NCBI GenBank assembly: GCA_042216015.1
Contig: JBDGUI010000021.1
Span: 1 to 13,989 of the forward strand
Direction: 5' to 3'
DNA length: 13,989 bases
Source: Halodesulfurarchaeum sp.
GTDB taxonomy: Archaea > Halobacteriota > Halobacteria > Halobacteriales > Halobacteriaceae
The notes beneath the pieces were generated by a model that saw only the letters and a program-made list of their open reading frames with translations, did no database searches and was not told the DNA's origin. Each line of letters starts with the position of its first letter. Within the stretch, counting starts at the first letter, position 1. Both the position numbers and the translations under genes were made by a program. This document shows, one piece after another, positions 6,583 through 13,989 of this stretch.

Positions 6583-9309
6583 TTACGAATAGAAGATCAC
6601 CGGTCGCCGGTCTTCGCCGTACTCCTCCTCGGGCACGTATTCAGCCAGCACGTCGCGATCCGCCACACCAAGGAGTTGCTCGAGGACGTCGACGGCCGAG
6701 GCCCGCAACAGCGGCTGGTTGTCGTTCCCGCAGTTTTCATCGAAGGTGCAGGCCGGACAGCCGTTTGGCTGGCCACAGTCACAGTCCCGGAGTCGATCGC
6801 GGGCCCGCTCGGCCAGATTCTCGAAGTTCTCGTAGATGCCCCGGGCAAACCCCAGACCACCGTCGATGCCATCGTAGATGAACCAGCCCGAGGCCGTCGG
6901 GCCCGATAACTCGGTTGAGCGACGTTCGAGTGCGTGAGTGGCGGCCTCGAAGGACTCGCCGATCGAGTCCGCGATGTCGTCGTAGTCGGAATGGGAATAG
7001 TGGGTATCCATCACGAGCGTCGAGAGCCCGCCGAGGTCGTTCTTGTCCACGCGGAGTTCCAGTGGCGCGGTTTTGATCGTCGCGTGTTCGGCGGCGTGCA
7101 ACCCGGCGACGTATCCGAGATGCGGTGAACCGGTCTCGTCGGAATCGACGCCGGTTTCGACGCCATACTCCTGGTATTTCCGAATCAGCGGGGTTTCGAC
7201 TTCCGCGGGAACTTCGACCCAGGTCAACTGCGTCTCCATCAGGATCGGTTGGGATTCCGTGGGGATCATCTCCTTTTTCAGCTCGCTATTCCTGATGTAC
7301 TTCCGATCGTAGGCGTAGTGATGGACCATCACGGTTCCGCGACCGAAGTGAAGGGTGAAGCCGTTGAGCTCCCGGGAGCGCGCTGACTCGGCGTCGAAGA
7401 CCGTGACTTTGCTTCGGGATGTCGTGTAGTAATCCGAATCCACTGGCCGGAGTTCGATCGTTGGTTCGTGTCGGGTTTCGTCGACGGAGACGACCTCGAA
7501 TTGCTGTCCGTGCTGTAACCTGACGGCGCCCTCGTGATAGTCGCGGGAGGCCCGATTCCGATCGATCGGTTCCAGATCGAGATCCTCGGGCAACCCCCAC
7601 CGATCTCGATCGACGTCCGCTGCGAGTTGCAGGTGGAACTCCTTCTCACTGGCACCGAAGAAGTTGATGCGGGTCTGTGGCCGATTCGGCCCACTGTAGT
7701 GCACCCCGGCATCGAGAGACCCCTCGACGAATCCGGATTCCCGCCACATCTTGGCGGCCGCCCTGAGGCGTTCTTCCTCGGCGAACGTGTCGATATCGGC
7801 TTCATCGAGGGCGATTTCGTCCGCGGCACAGAGCACGTGTTTCGCAAAGACCGAGTCGTTCGACGTGTCGACGACGGCATCCTCGACGTCGTTTTCGAGG
7901 AGGTACTCGGGATGGTTGATGACGTACTGATCGAGTGTCCGGTGATCGGCGACCAACACCGCGAGACTCGCACTCATGCCCCGCCCGGCGCGGCCGATGC
8001 GTTGCCAGAAGGACTGGCGTTGGCCCGGGTAGCCCATCAAGACGGCGGCGTCGAGACTCCCGATATCGATGCCGAGTTCGAGTGCCGACGTCGTCGCGAG
8101 CCCGGTGAGTGCACCCGATTTGAACTGGTGCTCTCTGGAGTGACGCGTCCGCCGCCCCAGCCCGGCGTTGTAAGCTGCCCAATCGGGCGAGCCTGTTTGT
8201 CCGTCTGCCCGGGGATTGTTGTGCCGATGCTCCTCGGCGCGCTCGATACTGAGTTCCGTGAGTTTCCGACTCGGACAGAACAACAACGACCGAACACCCT
8301 GAGCCGTCAAGTGGCCGAATACTCGTGGCGCTTCGACGCTGGCCGGAACCCGATCCGCCACGAAGTAATCGTCGTCGGTGTCGAGGGCATCTGTCTCGGA
8401 TTCGAAATCCGGCATCACGTCTTTGCCATCGTTCTCGCGCTTTTCCACTGGCGGCGGATTCCACAACACAATATCCCGAGGTCCATGGGGCGAGCCGTCC
8501 CTGTCGACGACCGTCACCGGCTGATTGATCAGTTGCTCGGAGTGAGCGGCCGGATTGCCGATCGTCGCGGAGGTGAGCACGTACTGTGGATTGCCACCAC
8601 AGTACTCGGCCACGCGTTGGATTCGCCGGAGGATCCAGGCGACGTGCATGCCCTCGATCCCCGTGTATGTGTGTGACTCGTCGATCGCGACGAGGGAAAG
8701 CGCGCCGTAAAATCGACTCCACTTCTCGTGATGTTCGAGATAGAGATTGAGGCCGACGAAGTTCGTCAGGATGACGTCGGCCTCCTCACGAATCGCCCGT
8801 CGATTGCCGGTGGTGTCGCCGTCGTAGATCCGAACCCGGATGTCGAGTCCAAGTTCGTCGTAGAGATCCTCGAGGGCCTCTTTTTGGTCGTTCGTGAGCG
8901 CCTTCATCGGATAGACACACAGCGCCGTCGAAGCCGCGTTGTGCTCGGCGGCCCTCGTCCCGTCCGGTTCGAGCACGCCGGCGTCGAGGAGATTGCGGGC
9001 GATCTGGAGCGCATAGATGTGTGTCTTCCCGCTGGAGGTAGACGTGGTGACGGTCACGTTCTCGCCCTCGGCGAGCGCATCGAGGGCCTCGGCCTGGTGT
9101 ATGAACAGCTCGTTCGGATAGTCTTCGCTCAGCGTCGGGCGCAGGATCTCAGTTGGTGGCGTCGTCTCCGCCGGCTTGGCGGGCATCTCGATGCGTTCGA
9201 CGAACGGCGAGTCAGTCGTCAATCCCGCCCGAGGAAACGTTTCGATTAGCTCCCGTCCGGTGAGCCCGATATCCCGTCCCAGATCTGCGGTCGTGTCTCG
9301 CTCGCTCAT
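6583..9309 (-). CDS. DEAH-box SF2 helicase with C-terminal DUF1998 Zn-binding domain (Hrq1/MrfA/YprA/SftH family)
   Basis: Q motif LFIHQAEAL, Walker A TSTSSGKT, YPMKALTNDQ, DESH, SAT, ATTSALELGIDIG, QRIGRAGR, HAAEH, and four-Cys CDCGQPNGCPAC...C. Start ATG 9309 overlaps the upstream gene's TGA (ATGA). Confidence 0.93.
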   Translation of the reverse strand: MSERDTTADLGRDIGLTGRELIETFPRAGLTTDSPFVERIEMPAKPAETTPPTEILRPTLSEDYPNELFIHQAEALDALAEGENVTVTTSTSSGKTHIYALQIARNLLDAGVLEPDGTRAAEHNAASTALCVYPMKALTNDQKEALEDLYDELGLDIRVRIYDGDTTGNRRAIREEADVILTNFVGLNLYLEHHEKWSRFYGALSLVAIDESHTYTGIEGMHVAWILRRIQRVAEYCGGNPQYVLTSATIGNPAAHSEQLINQPVTVVDRDGSPHGPRDIVLWNPPPVEKRENDGKDVMPDFESETDALDTDDDYFVADRVPASVEAPRVFGHLTAQGVRSLLFCPSRKLTELSIERAEEHRHNNPRADGQTGSPDWAAYNAGLGRRTRHSREHQFKSGALTGLATTSALELGIDIGSLDAAVLMGYPGQRQSFWQRIGRAGRGMSASLAVLVADHRTLDQYVINHPEYLLENDVEDAVVDTSNDSVFAKHVLCAADEIALDEADIDTFAEEERLRAAAKMWRESGFVEGSLDAGVHYSGPNRPQTRINFFGASEKEFHLQLAADVDRDRWGLPEDLDLEPIDRNRASRDYHEGAVRLQHGQQFEVVSVDETRHEPTIELRPVDSDYYTTSRSKVTVFDAESARSRELNGFTLHFGRGTVMVHHYAYDRKYIRNSELKKEMIPTESQPILMETQLTWVEVPAEVETPLIRKYQEYGVETGVDSDETGSPHLGYVAGLHAAEHATIKTAPLELRVDKNDLGGLSTLVMDTHYSHSDYDDIADSIGESFEAATHALERRSTELSGPTASGWFIYDGIDGGLGFARGIYENFENLAERARDRLRDCDCGQPNGCPACTFDENCGNDNQPLLRASAVDVLEQLLGVADRDVLAEYVPEEEYGEDRRPVIFYS

Positions 9310-10835
9310 GGGTGAAATTCGGTAAGTCCGGCCTGTTGGCCGGTCCCGTCGTCGGTTTGACTGTCGGTCACGTCTCGTCGAGTCGCCTCCGTGATGGATC
9401 GATACACGTGCCAGAGCGCCCGGCAATCGTCCTCGCAGTAGGCCTCGTGGCGGTCCCAGTCGGGCTCTCGGTCCGGGTCGTCCGGGTCCCGCCTGAACGC
9501 CCGGTAGGCGGCAGCCGTTTGTGCACCGGTCAATCCGGTCTCACCCCCTTCGTGGCCGAGCGCGCGTGCGACGTGATCGAGTTTGTTCGTCCGTCCGGGA
9601 AGCAAGGCGTTCCCGTCCCGGACGACCCACTCGTACAGGTCGTATTTCCACAGACCATCCCACGCCTCGACGTACTGCGGGAGATGCTGCTCGAGAAACT
9701 GTCGGATGTAGTGATAGTCGAAGCCATACCCGTTCCACGTGAGCAGCGTACGATCCGCGTGGTTGGCGAGCAGCCAGTGCAGAAACGCTTCGAGGACGGG
9801 TTTCGGGTCCCGTGGGTGGTTCCGCTCGATGAAGGACTGGTGTCGGTCCGTCGCCGGGTCGTAGACGCCGAATTGCCAGATGATCGTGGGCGAGAGCCCG
9901 TCCGTTTCGATATCCAGGCAGAGCGGTGGGCGCCCGTCGCGGGTTTTGATCGGGCGCTCGTTCGTCAGCACGAGCGGCTCGCCCGAGTCGATGACGTCGG
10001 CGTGGGCGTGAATTCGCTCGGCGGTCGACCGGCCGATACCGGGGAATTCCTGAAGCTCGGAAACCGGGAGTTTCCGAACGTCGCTCCGGGTTTCATGGCC
10101 CCGCTTGCGCAAGCGGTCTGCGGTCTTCTCGCCGATTCCGGCGAGTGCCTGGAGCCCGAATCGGTCGGGCTTGACCGCCTCGGCAGCGACACGTCCCTGG
10201 GTCGTGAGGGTATGCTGGGCGACGTCCGCGGTTCCCTCCGCTGTCGCCCCGAGACCCACCACGGGAACAGACACGGTCGTCCCGTCCACGGGGAGCGACC
10301 ATTCGTGATGATATTCCGCCGGCATCCCGCCGGCCAGCACCGTCATCGGCTCCGGAAGCGTCTTTCCGATTCGGGCGAGCCTCTCGGCTCCCGGGAGCGT
10401 CGTGGAGAGGGTCGTCGGGTCCCGCTCGACCCGCAGCTGTGGAACGTGCAGATACGTCGCCGCCGCTTGTGCGGTGTCCCGCTCGCCAGCCACGAGGTGG
10501 TCGGCGACGCGGTCCAACAGGTCGTCGCTCTGGACGCTGATGAGGTCGATTGCCCTCGTTTCACCGCCCCCACCAGTTTCCGTGCACACGCCGATTTCCG
10601 GAGTGTATCGGTACTGCTTCACGTGGGTGCCTCGCTGGGCGAGTTGCGGGTGATCGACGGCGAGGTCCGCCCCAGCCTGCCGAACGGTCGCGTATCCCTG
10701 TGCGTCGATCGAACCCGGGATCGTGATCATGTCCGGATCGAAGTACTCGACGGCGTCTCGAACGGACTCAAGCGAGAGGCGGTCGAGGCTCCGTGAGGGG
10801 AGACTCAGCAGGTCGAGGGAAGCGGGGTCCGCCAT
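9306..10835 (-). CDS. RNase H-like DEDDy 3'-5' exonuclease (YprB/MrfB-like) with tandem helix-hairpin-helix motifs and an N-terminal domain of unknown function
   Basis: ExoI LDIETDG, ExoII WNGYGFDY, ExoIII YCEDD; HhH motifs LAGIGEKTADRL and FPGIGRSTAERI. Start at ATG 10835 (MADPASLDLL) is supported by a TATA box at the expected distance; the longer ORF-track start would overlap artA. Confidence 0.87.
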   Translation of the reverse strand: MADPASLDLLSLPSRSLDRLSLESVRDAVEYFDPDMITIPGSIDAQGYATVRQAGADLAVDHPQLAQRGTHVKQYRYTPEIGVCTETGGGGETRAIDLISVQSDDLLDRVADHLVAGERDTAQAAATYLHVPQLRVERDPTTLSTTLPGAERLARIGKTLPEPMTVLAGGMPAEYHHEWSLPVDGTTVSVPVVGLGATAEGTADVAQHTLTTQGRVAAEAVKPDRFGLQALAGIGEKTADRLRKRGHETRSDVRKLPVSELQEFPGIGRSTAERIHAHADVIDSGEPLVLTNERPIKTRDGRPPLCLDIETDGLSPTIIWQFGVYDPATDRHQSFIERNHPRDPKPVLEAFLHWLLANHADRTLLTWNGYGFDYHYIRQFLEQHLPQYVEAWDGLWKYDLYEWVVRDGNALLPGRTNKLDHVARALGHEGGETGLTGAQTAAAYRAFRRDPDDPDREPDWDRHEAYCEDDCRALWHVYRSITEATRRDVTDSQTDDGTGQQAGLTEFHP

Positions 10836-10860
10836 TCGTTCGTGGGTTGTGTTAGGTCGC

Positions 10861-10867
10861 CTATAAG
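10861..10867 (-). promoter_or_regulatory. TATA box of the exonuclease-helicase operon
   Basis: Minus strand CTTATAG, with TTATA at -31 to -27 from ATG 10835, the usual spacing for leaderless haloarchaeal mRNAs. Confidence 0.7.
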
Positions 10868-10883
10868 CCCCCGCTGAGCGGAG

Positions 10884-10894
10884 TGAAAGTGATT
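10884..10894 (-). promoter_or_regulatory. Candidate DNA-damage/UV-response element (AATCACTTTCA)
   Basis: 9 of 11 bases match TTTCACTTTCA, the motif I recall upstream of UV-induced genes in Halobacterium NRC-1. It lies 49-59 nt upstream of the ATG of a DNA-repair-type operon, just upstream of the TATA box. Confidence 0.5.
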
Positions 10895-11093
10895 TTGGCC
10901 GCGCTCCACTCACTCTCGCATTGGGACCGTCCCCTTTACCCGGTCGGGGAATCGGCATGGCTACGAGAATGGGAAAAACCGGGAAGCCGTCGAGCGGGCA
11001 AGGGCGGTTCGGCCACCCACTCGGGAACGCCGCCAGTCGGCTTTCTTCCACGATCGATACACACTTCCGGGGACGATTCCTTTCGGCGAACAC

Positions 11094-11984
11094 ATGGCTG
11101 CGGTCCCCGATCTTTCGGCCCTCACCGACCCGCTCGCGTGGATCGTCCTCGCGGCCTTCGCCGGAAGTGCGTTCCTCGCGTTCCGGGACTCGCCCTACGA
11201 GCGACACGCCGCCACGGCCTCGTGGTCCATCTTTGCGCTCTTCTGGGCGCTCATGATCCCCCACTACGCGATCGAGATGCGGAGCATCATCGAGGGGGCT
11301 CTTAGCGTCGTTGCGGTGCCGGCCACCCTGTACGTCGCGTGGCTCATCTGGACCGAACGACGATCGTTTACCGTCCTGACGCGGGCGGTTGCCATCATGG
11401 GCTTGGTCTACCTCCCCTTCGAGACGATCGCGGTCCTCCGGAGCGGGTCGATCGAACTCGTGGCCCGGAACGTGGAGGCGATCCTCGGGCTCCTGGGCGT
11501 CGAACCGACGGTCATCACCGGACCGGACGGATTACGGAGCACCTTCGTCTTTGTCGCCGAAAACGGCCACCGGCTCACGACCCGCGTGGTGCTCGCCTGC
11601 ACCGGAATCGGGAGCATTTCTATCGTGACGGGGTTGACGCTGGCCGTCGACGCGGCCCCCAGGCGAAAGGCACTCGGCGTCGCCCTCGCCGTACCGATCA
11701 TCTACGGACTGAACGTCCTTCGGGTGGCATTCATCGCCCTCGCACACGGGTTCCAGTGGTTCGCCGACCTCCGGGGACCGGTCTTCTTCCTCTTCCGCAT
11801 CGAGGACCCCTACCTCGTCTCCTATATCGTGGCCGACCGGGTCATCTCCCAGTCCCTGTCGCTGGTCGCCCTGATCCTCATCACGCTTGGCCTACTCAGA
11901 CTGGTACCGGAACTCGGAACGGTCGTGGAGGACGTGCTCTTCCTGGTCACCGGGACCGACGCCGACCTCGAATTCGATCGGTAA
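11094..11984 (+). CDS. artA: Archaeosortase A (PGF-CTERM processing)
   Basis: Multi-pass membrane protein with catalytic Cys in VVLACTGIGS, Arg in LNVLRVAFI and a second Arg in VADRVISQSLS; C-terminal PEL...ED pattern typical of haloarchaeal ArtA. Confidence 0.88.
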   Translation: MAAVPDLSALTDPLAWIVLAAFAGSAFLAFRDSPYERHAATASWSIFALFWALMIPHYAIEMRSIIEGALSVVAVPATLYVAWLIWTERRSFTVLTRAVAIMGLVYLPFETIAVLRSGSIELVARNVEAILGLLGVEPTVITGPDGLRSTFVFVAENGHRLTTRVVLACTGIGSISIVTGLTLAVDAAPRRKALGVALAVPIIYGLNVLRVAFIALAHGFQWFADLRGPVFFLFRIEDPYLVSYIVADRVISQSLSLVALILITLGLLRLVPELGTVVEDVLFLVTGTDADLEFDR

Positions 11985-11985
11985 C

Positions 11986-12849
11986 TCAGTCGGTGGGTTT
12001 CTGTTCGAGATCGGGGTGATCGGCGATGAACACGACCGTGTGATCGGGGACGTCCTCGCTGATCCAGGAGTTGGCGCCGATGGAGACGTGATCGCCCACC
12101 TCGACGGGGCCCATGATGTTCGAGCCGGCCCCGATGACCACGTGATCGCCGATGTCGGGGTGTCGCTTGTACCCCTTCCGAAGCATGTGCTCCTCGTCCT
12201 CTGCCTCCTCGAAGTGGAGCGCCCCGAGCGTGACGTTCTGGTAGATGCGAGCCCAGTCCCCGACCGTGGCCGTCTCGCCGATGACCACGCCAGTCCCGTG
12301 GTCGATGAAGCAGTACTCCCCGATTTCGGCTCCCGGGTGGATGTCGATGCCCGTCTCGGCGTGGGCGGATTCCGCGAGTTCGCGGGCGTACTCGGGCGCC
12401 CCCGCCTCGTAGAGGGCGTGGGCGACCCGATGGATCAGGAGGGCGTGAAATCCCGGGTAGGAGCGAATGACCTCCCGATAGCTCTTCGCGGCCGGATCGC
12501 CCTTGTAGGCGGCGACGACGTCCCGCTTGAGGGTCTCCCGTATTTCGGGAGTGCGATCGAGGACCGCCGTCACGATCCCCCCGGAATCGGACCCGCCGTA
12601 GGCACGGATGCCGGTCTCGAAGCGGTCGCCGAGTTTCGAGAGACAGCGCTCGATCCGCTCCGGGCTCCCGACCCGGTCACCCGCGTTCCACAGCCGGGGG
12701 AAAAAGAGGCAGTTGAGGAGGCTGACCTCCTCGCGCATGGGTCGGCGCTCGGGCGCCACGATGTCGGTGTTCGTCTCGAACGGTTCCTCGTCGCCCCGAT
12801 AGGACTCATCGAGTCGTCGGGGGGTTTCCGCTGCGTAGTAATCGTCCAT
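11986..12849 (-). CDS. cysE: Serine O-acetyltransferase (CysE/EpsC type)
   Basis: GDPAAKS, YPGFHALLIHRVAHAL, TGIDIHPGAEIG, FIDHGTGVVIGETA, YQNVTLGA, KRHPDIGDHVVIGAG; hexapeptide repeats. Confidence 0.93.
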   Translation of the reverse strand: MDDYYAAETPRRLDESYRGDEEPFETNTDIVAPERRPMREEVSLLNCLFFPRLWNAGDRVGSPERIERCLSKLGDRFETGIRAYGGSDSGGIVTAVLDRTPEIRETLKRDVVAAYKGDPAAKSYREVIRSYPGFHALLIHRVAHALYEAGAPEYARELAESAHAETGIDIHPGAEIGEYCFIDHGTGVVIGETATVGDWARIYQNVTLGALHFEEAEDEEHMLRKGYKRHPDIGDHVVIGAGSNIMGPVEVGDHVSIGANSWISEDVPDHTVVFIADHPDLEQKPTD

Positions 12850-12920
12850 GGTGCTCAGTTAGGGTCCCCTACGAGGGGCACGGGTACAAATCCCTCGAAA
12901 GGGGCCAACCGCTCGCGGGC

Positions 12921-13640
12921 TTATCGCCCGGTCGAAATCGCAAGGATCCGCTCGCGCTGCCAGTACCCGAGAAGGACGACGACGCTCACGAAGGCGAGAA
13001 TGACCGCGGCGTCGAGGGGTCGATGATTCGCGAACCGACCGCCCGCGAGGGCCAGCAATGCGTACCCCGGAATCCGTCCGAGAAAGGAGAGCACCACGAG
13101 GCCCCGGACCGGAATCGGCGTGAGGCCACTGAGAAAACAGAGGGCATCATCGGGCAATCCTGGCAGCAGAAAGACGAAAAAGACCCCGAGGCGACCGTGG
13201 TCCTCGAGGAACCCGTCGACGGTCGAGAGCGTGTCGGGATGGACCAGCCGCTCGACCGCGGGCCGGCCGAAGCGTCGACTGAGCCAGAAGGCAAGGGCGC
13301 TGCCGATCGTCGCCCCGATCAGGCTGTAAACGGTGCCGAGAAGCGGGCCGAAGACGTAGCCGCCTGCCAGCGCGAGCACCTGACCCGGGATCGGCGCGAA
13401 GATCACCTGGGCGACCTGGAGGGCGATGAAGGCCAGCGGAGCGAACACCCCGAATCCTTCGACTGTCTCCTGGACCGCTTCGGGATCGAGCACCGTTCCG
13501 ACGGAATGATCGAAGAGGACCATCCCGAACGTCGCGAGCGAGAGGAGGCCCAGCAGGCCCGCGATTCCGATCCACCTGGCCGCGGGTGAGACGAAGAGTG
13601 GCGGAATCCGAGGGGTTGAATCGGAGTTGGGCGGGGGCAT
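12921..13640 (-). CDS. TVP38/TMEM64 (DedA/SNARE-associated, VTT domain) membrane protein
   Basis: APLAFIALQVAQVIFAPIPGQ, GGYVFG...G..YS..GATIGS..AF.LSRRFGRP, FLLPGLPDDALCFLSGLT, GRIPG. Start uncertain (13640, alternatively 13664). Confidence 0.88.
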   Translation of the reverse strand: MPPPNSDSTPRIPPLFVSPAARWIGIAGLLGLLSLATFGMVLFDHSVGTVLDPEAVQETVEGFGVFAPLAFIALQVAQVIFAPIPGQVLALAGGYVFGPLLGTVYSLIGATIGSALAFWLSRRFGRPAVERLVHPDTLSTVDGFLEDHGRLGVFFVFLLPGLPDDALCFLSGLTPIPVRGLVVLSFLGRIPGYALLALAGGRFANHRPLDAAVILAFVSVVVLLGYWQRERILAISTGR

Positions 13641-13771
13641 GGGTCCGTCGGGTCCTATCCCCATCCTCGGGAGGACGCCACAAAAATCAGCCGCACTGGG
13701 CCCAGCCGGAACCCAACCCAAATCAATTGGGCAGTCTCCGTATTCGTCCCCTACCCATTGATCCTGGTGGG

Positions 13772-13942
13772 ATGTCACAGCAAGTAGAATGCATCGTCGA
13801 CGGCTGTCACGGCGTCTGTGAAGGCGAAACGGAAGAGGAGGTTATGGCCGAAGTCGAGGCTCACGTCGAGGACGCACACCCCGATCTGACTCTCGACACC
13901 GAGACGGTCGAAGCGATCAGGGCGGAGATCGAGACGGTCTGA
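13772..13942 (+). CDS. Small putative metal-binding protein, DUF1059-like (56 aa)
   Basis: MSQQVECIVDGCHGVCEGETEEEVMAEVEAHVEDAHPD... has C-x4-C, GETEEEV and H-x4-H; highly acidic. Internal ATG 13772 of the longer ORF-track entry. Confidence 0.8.
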   Translation: MSQQVECIVDGCHGVCEGETEEEVMAEVEAHVEDAHPDLTLDTETVEAIRAEIETV

Positions 13943-13989
13943 GAGGGTCGAGGCCGGAAATCGGGACGGGTGAAGCAATGATCGTGACG

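Noticed and set aside
6583..9309. DUF1998 helicase as an anti-phage system (DISARM DrmAB or Druantia)
   Set aside because: No methylase, SNF2, PLD or Dru partners nearby; size and pairing with a YprB-like exonuclease fit Hrq1/MrfA better.
9310..9426. Upstream extension of the helicase ORF
   Set aside because: Lies inside the exonuclease gene; the ATGA overlap at 9306-9309 marks the likely true start.
10836..11264. N-terminal 143 aa of the 652-aa exonuclease ORF
   Set aside because: Overlaps artA on the other strand, is Arg/Pro/Gly-rich and non-halophilic, and a TATA box supports the start at 10835.
2610..13026. Long antisense ORFs (2610-3596, 3600-4649, 4634-5557, 5592-6881, 7534-8676, 9312-10796, 11887-13026)
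   Set aside because: They shadow well-supported genes and carry no recognisable motifs; such ORFs are expected from high-GC codon bias in haloarchaea.
13978..13989. ATG at the window edge
   Set aside because: Only four codons are visible; it cannot be called.
1..13989. CRISPR array, tRNA/rRNA, transposase or integrase
   Set aside because: No regularly spaced repeats, RNA-gene signatures or recombinase motifs were seen; intergenic gaps are short.

Overview
GC-rich haloarchaeal DNA, judged from the acidic proteins, an archaeosortase, a haloarchaeal-type surface protein and apparently leaderless genes. In order, the window holds: (1) the 3' part of a sequon-rich, membrane-anchored surface glycoprotein; (2) a compact two-gene cooS-cooC locus (anaerobic Ni,Fe carbon monoxide dehydrogenase with all cluster ligands intact, plus its Ni-insertase ATPase), with no cooF/cooJ/cooT/cooA/ACS genes in view; (3) on the minus strand, a HhH + DEDDy exonuclease translationally coupled to a DEAH/DUF1998 helicase (MrfB/MrfA-like repair pair), followed by a nitrilase; (4) archaeosortase A; (5) serine O-acetyltransferase; (6) a TVP38/DedA membrane protein; (7) a small DUF1059-like metal-binding protein. 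Three signals stand out. CooC carries a HypB-like CxxCG + His-rich leader, a possible built-in nickel chaperone. A near-match to the haloarchaeal UV-response motif lies about 50 nt upstream of the repair operon. The CODH locus is minimal, with palindromes in its upstream region. No RNA genes, CRISPR arrays or mobile elements were seen. Family assignments come from motif recognition only; no searches were run.
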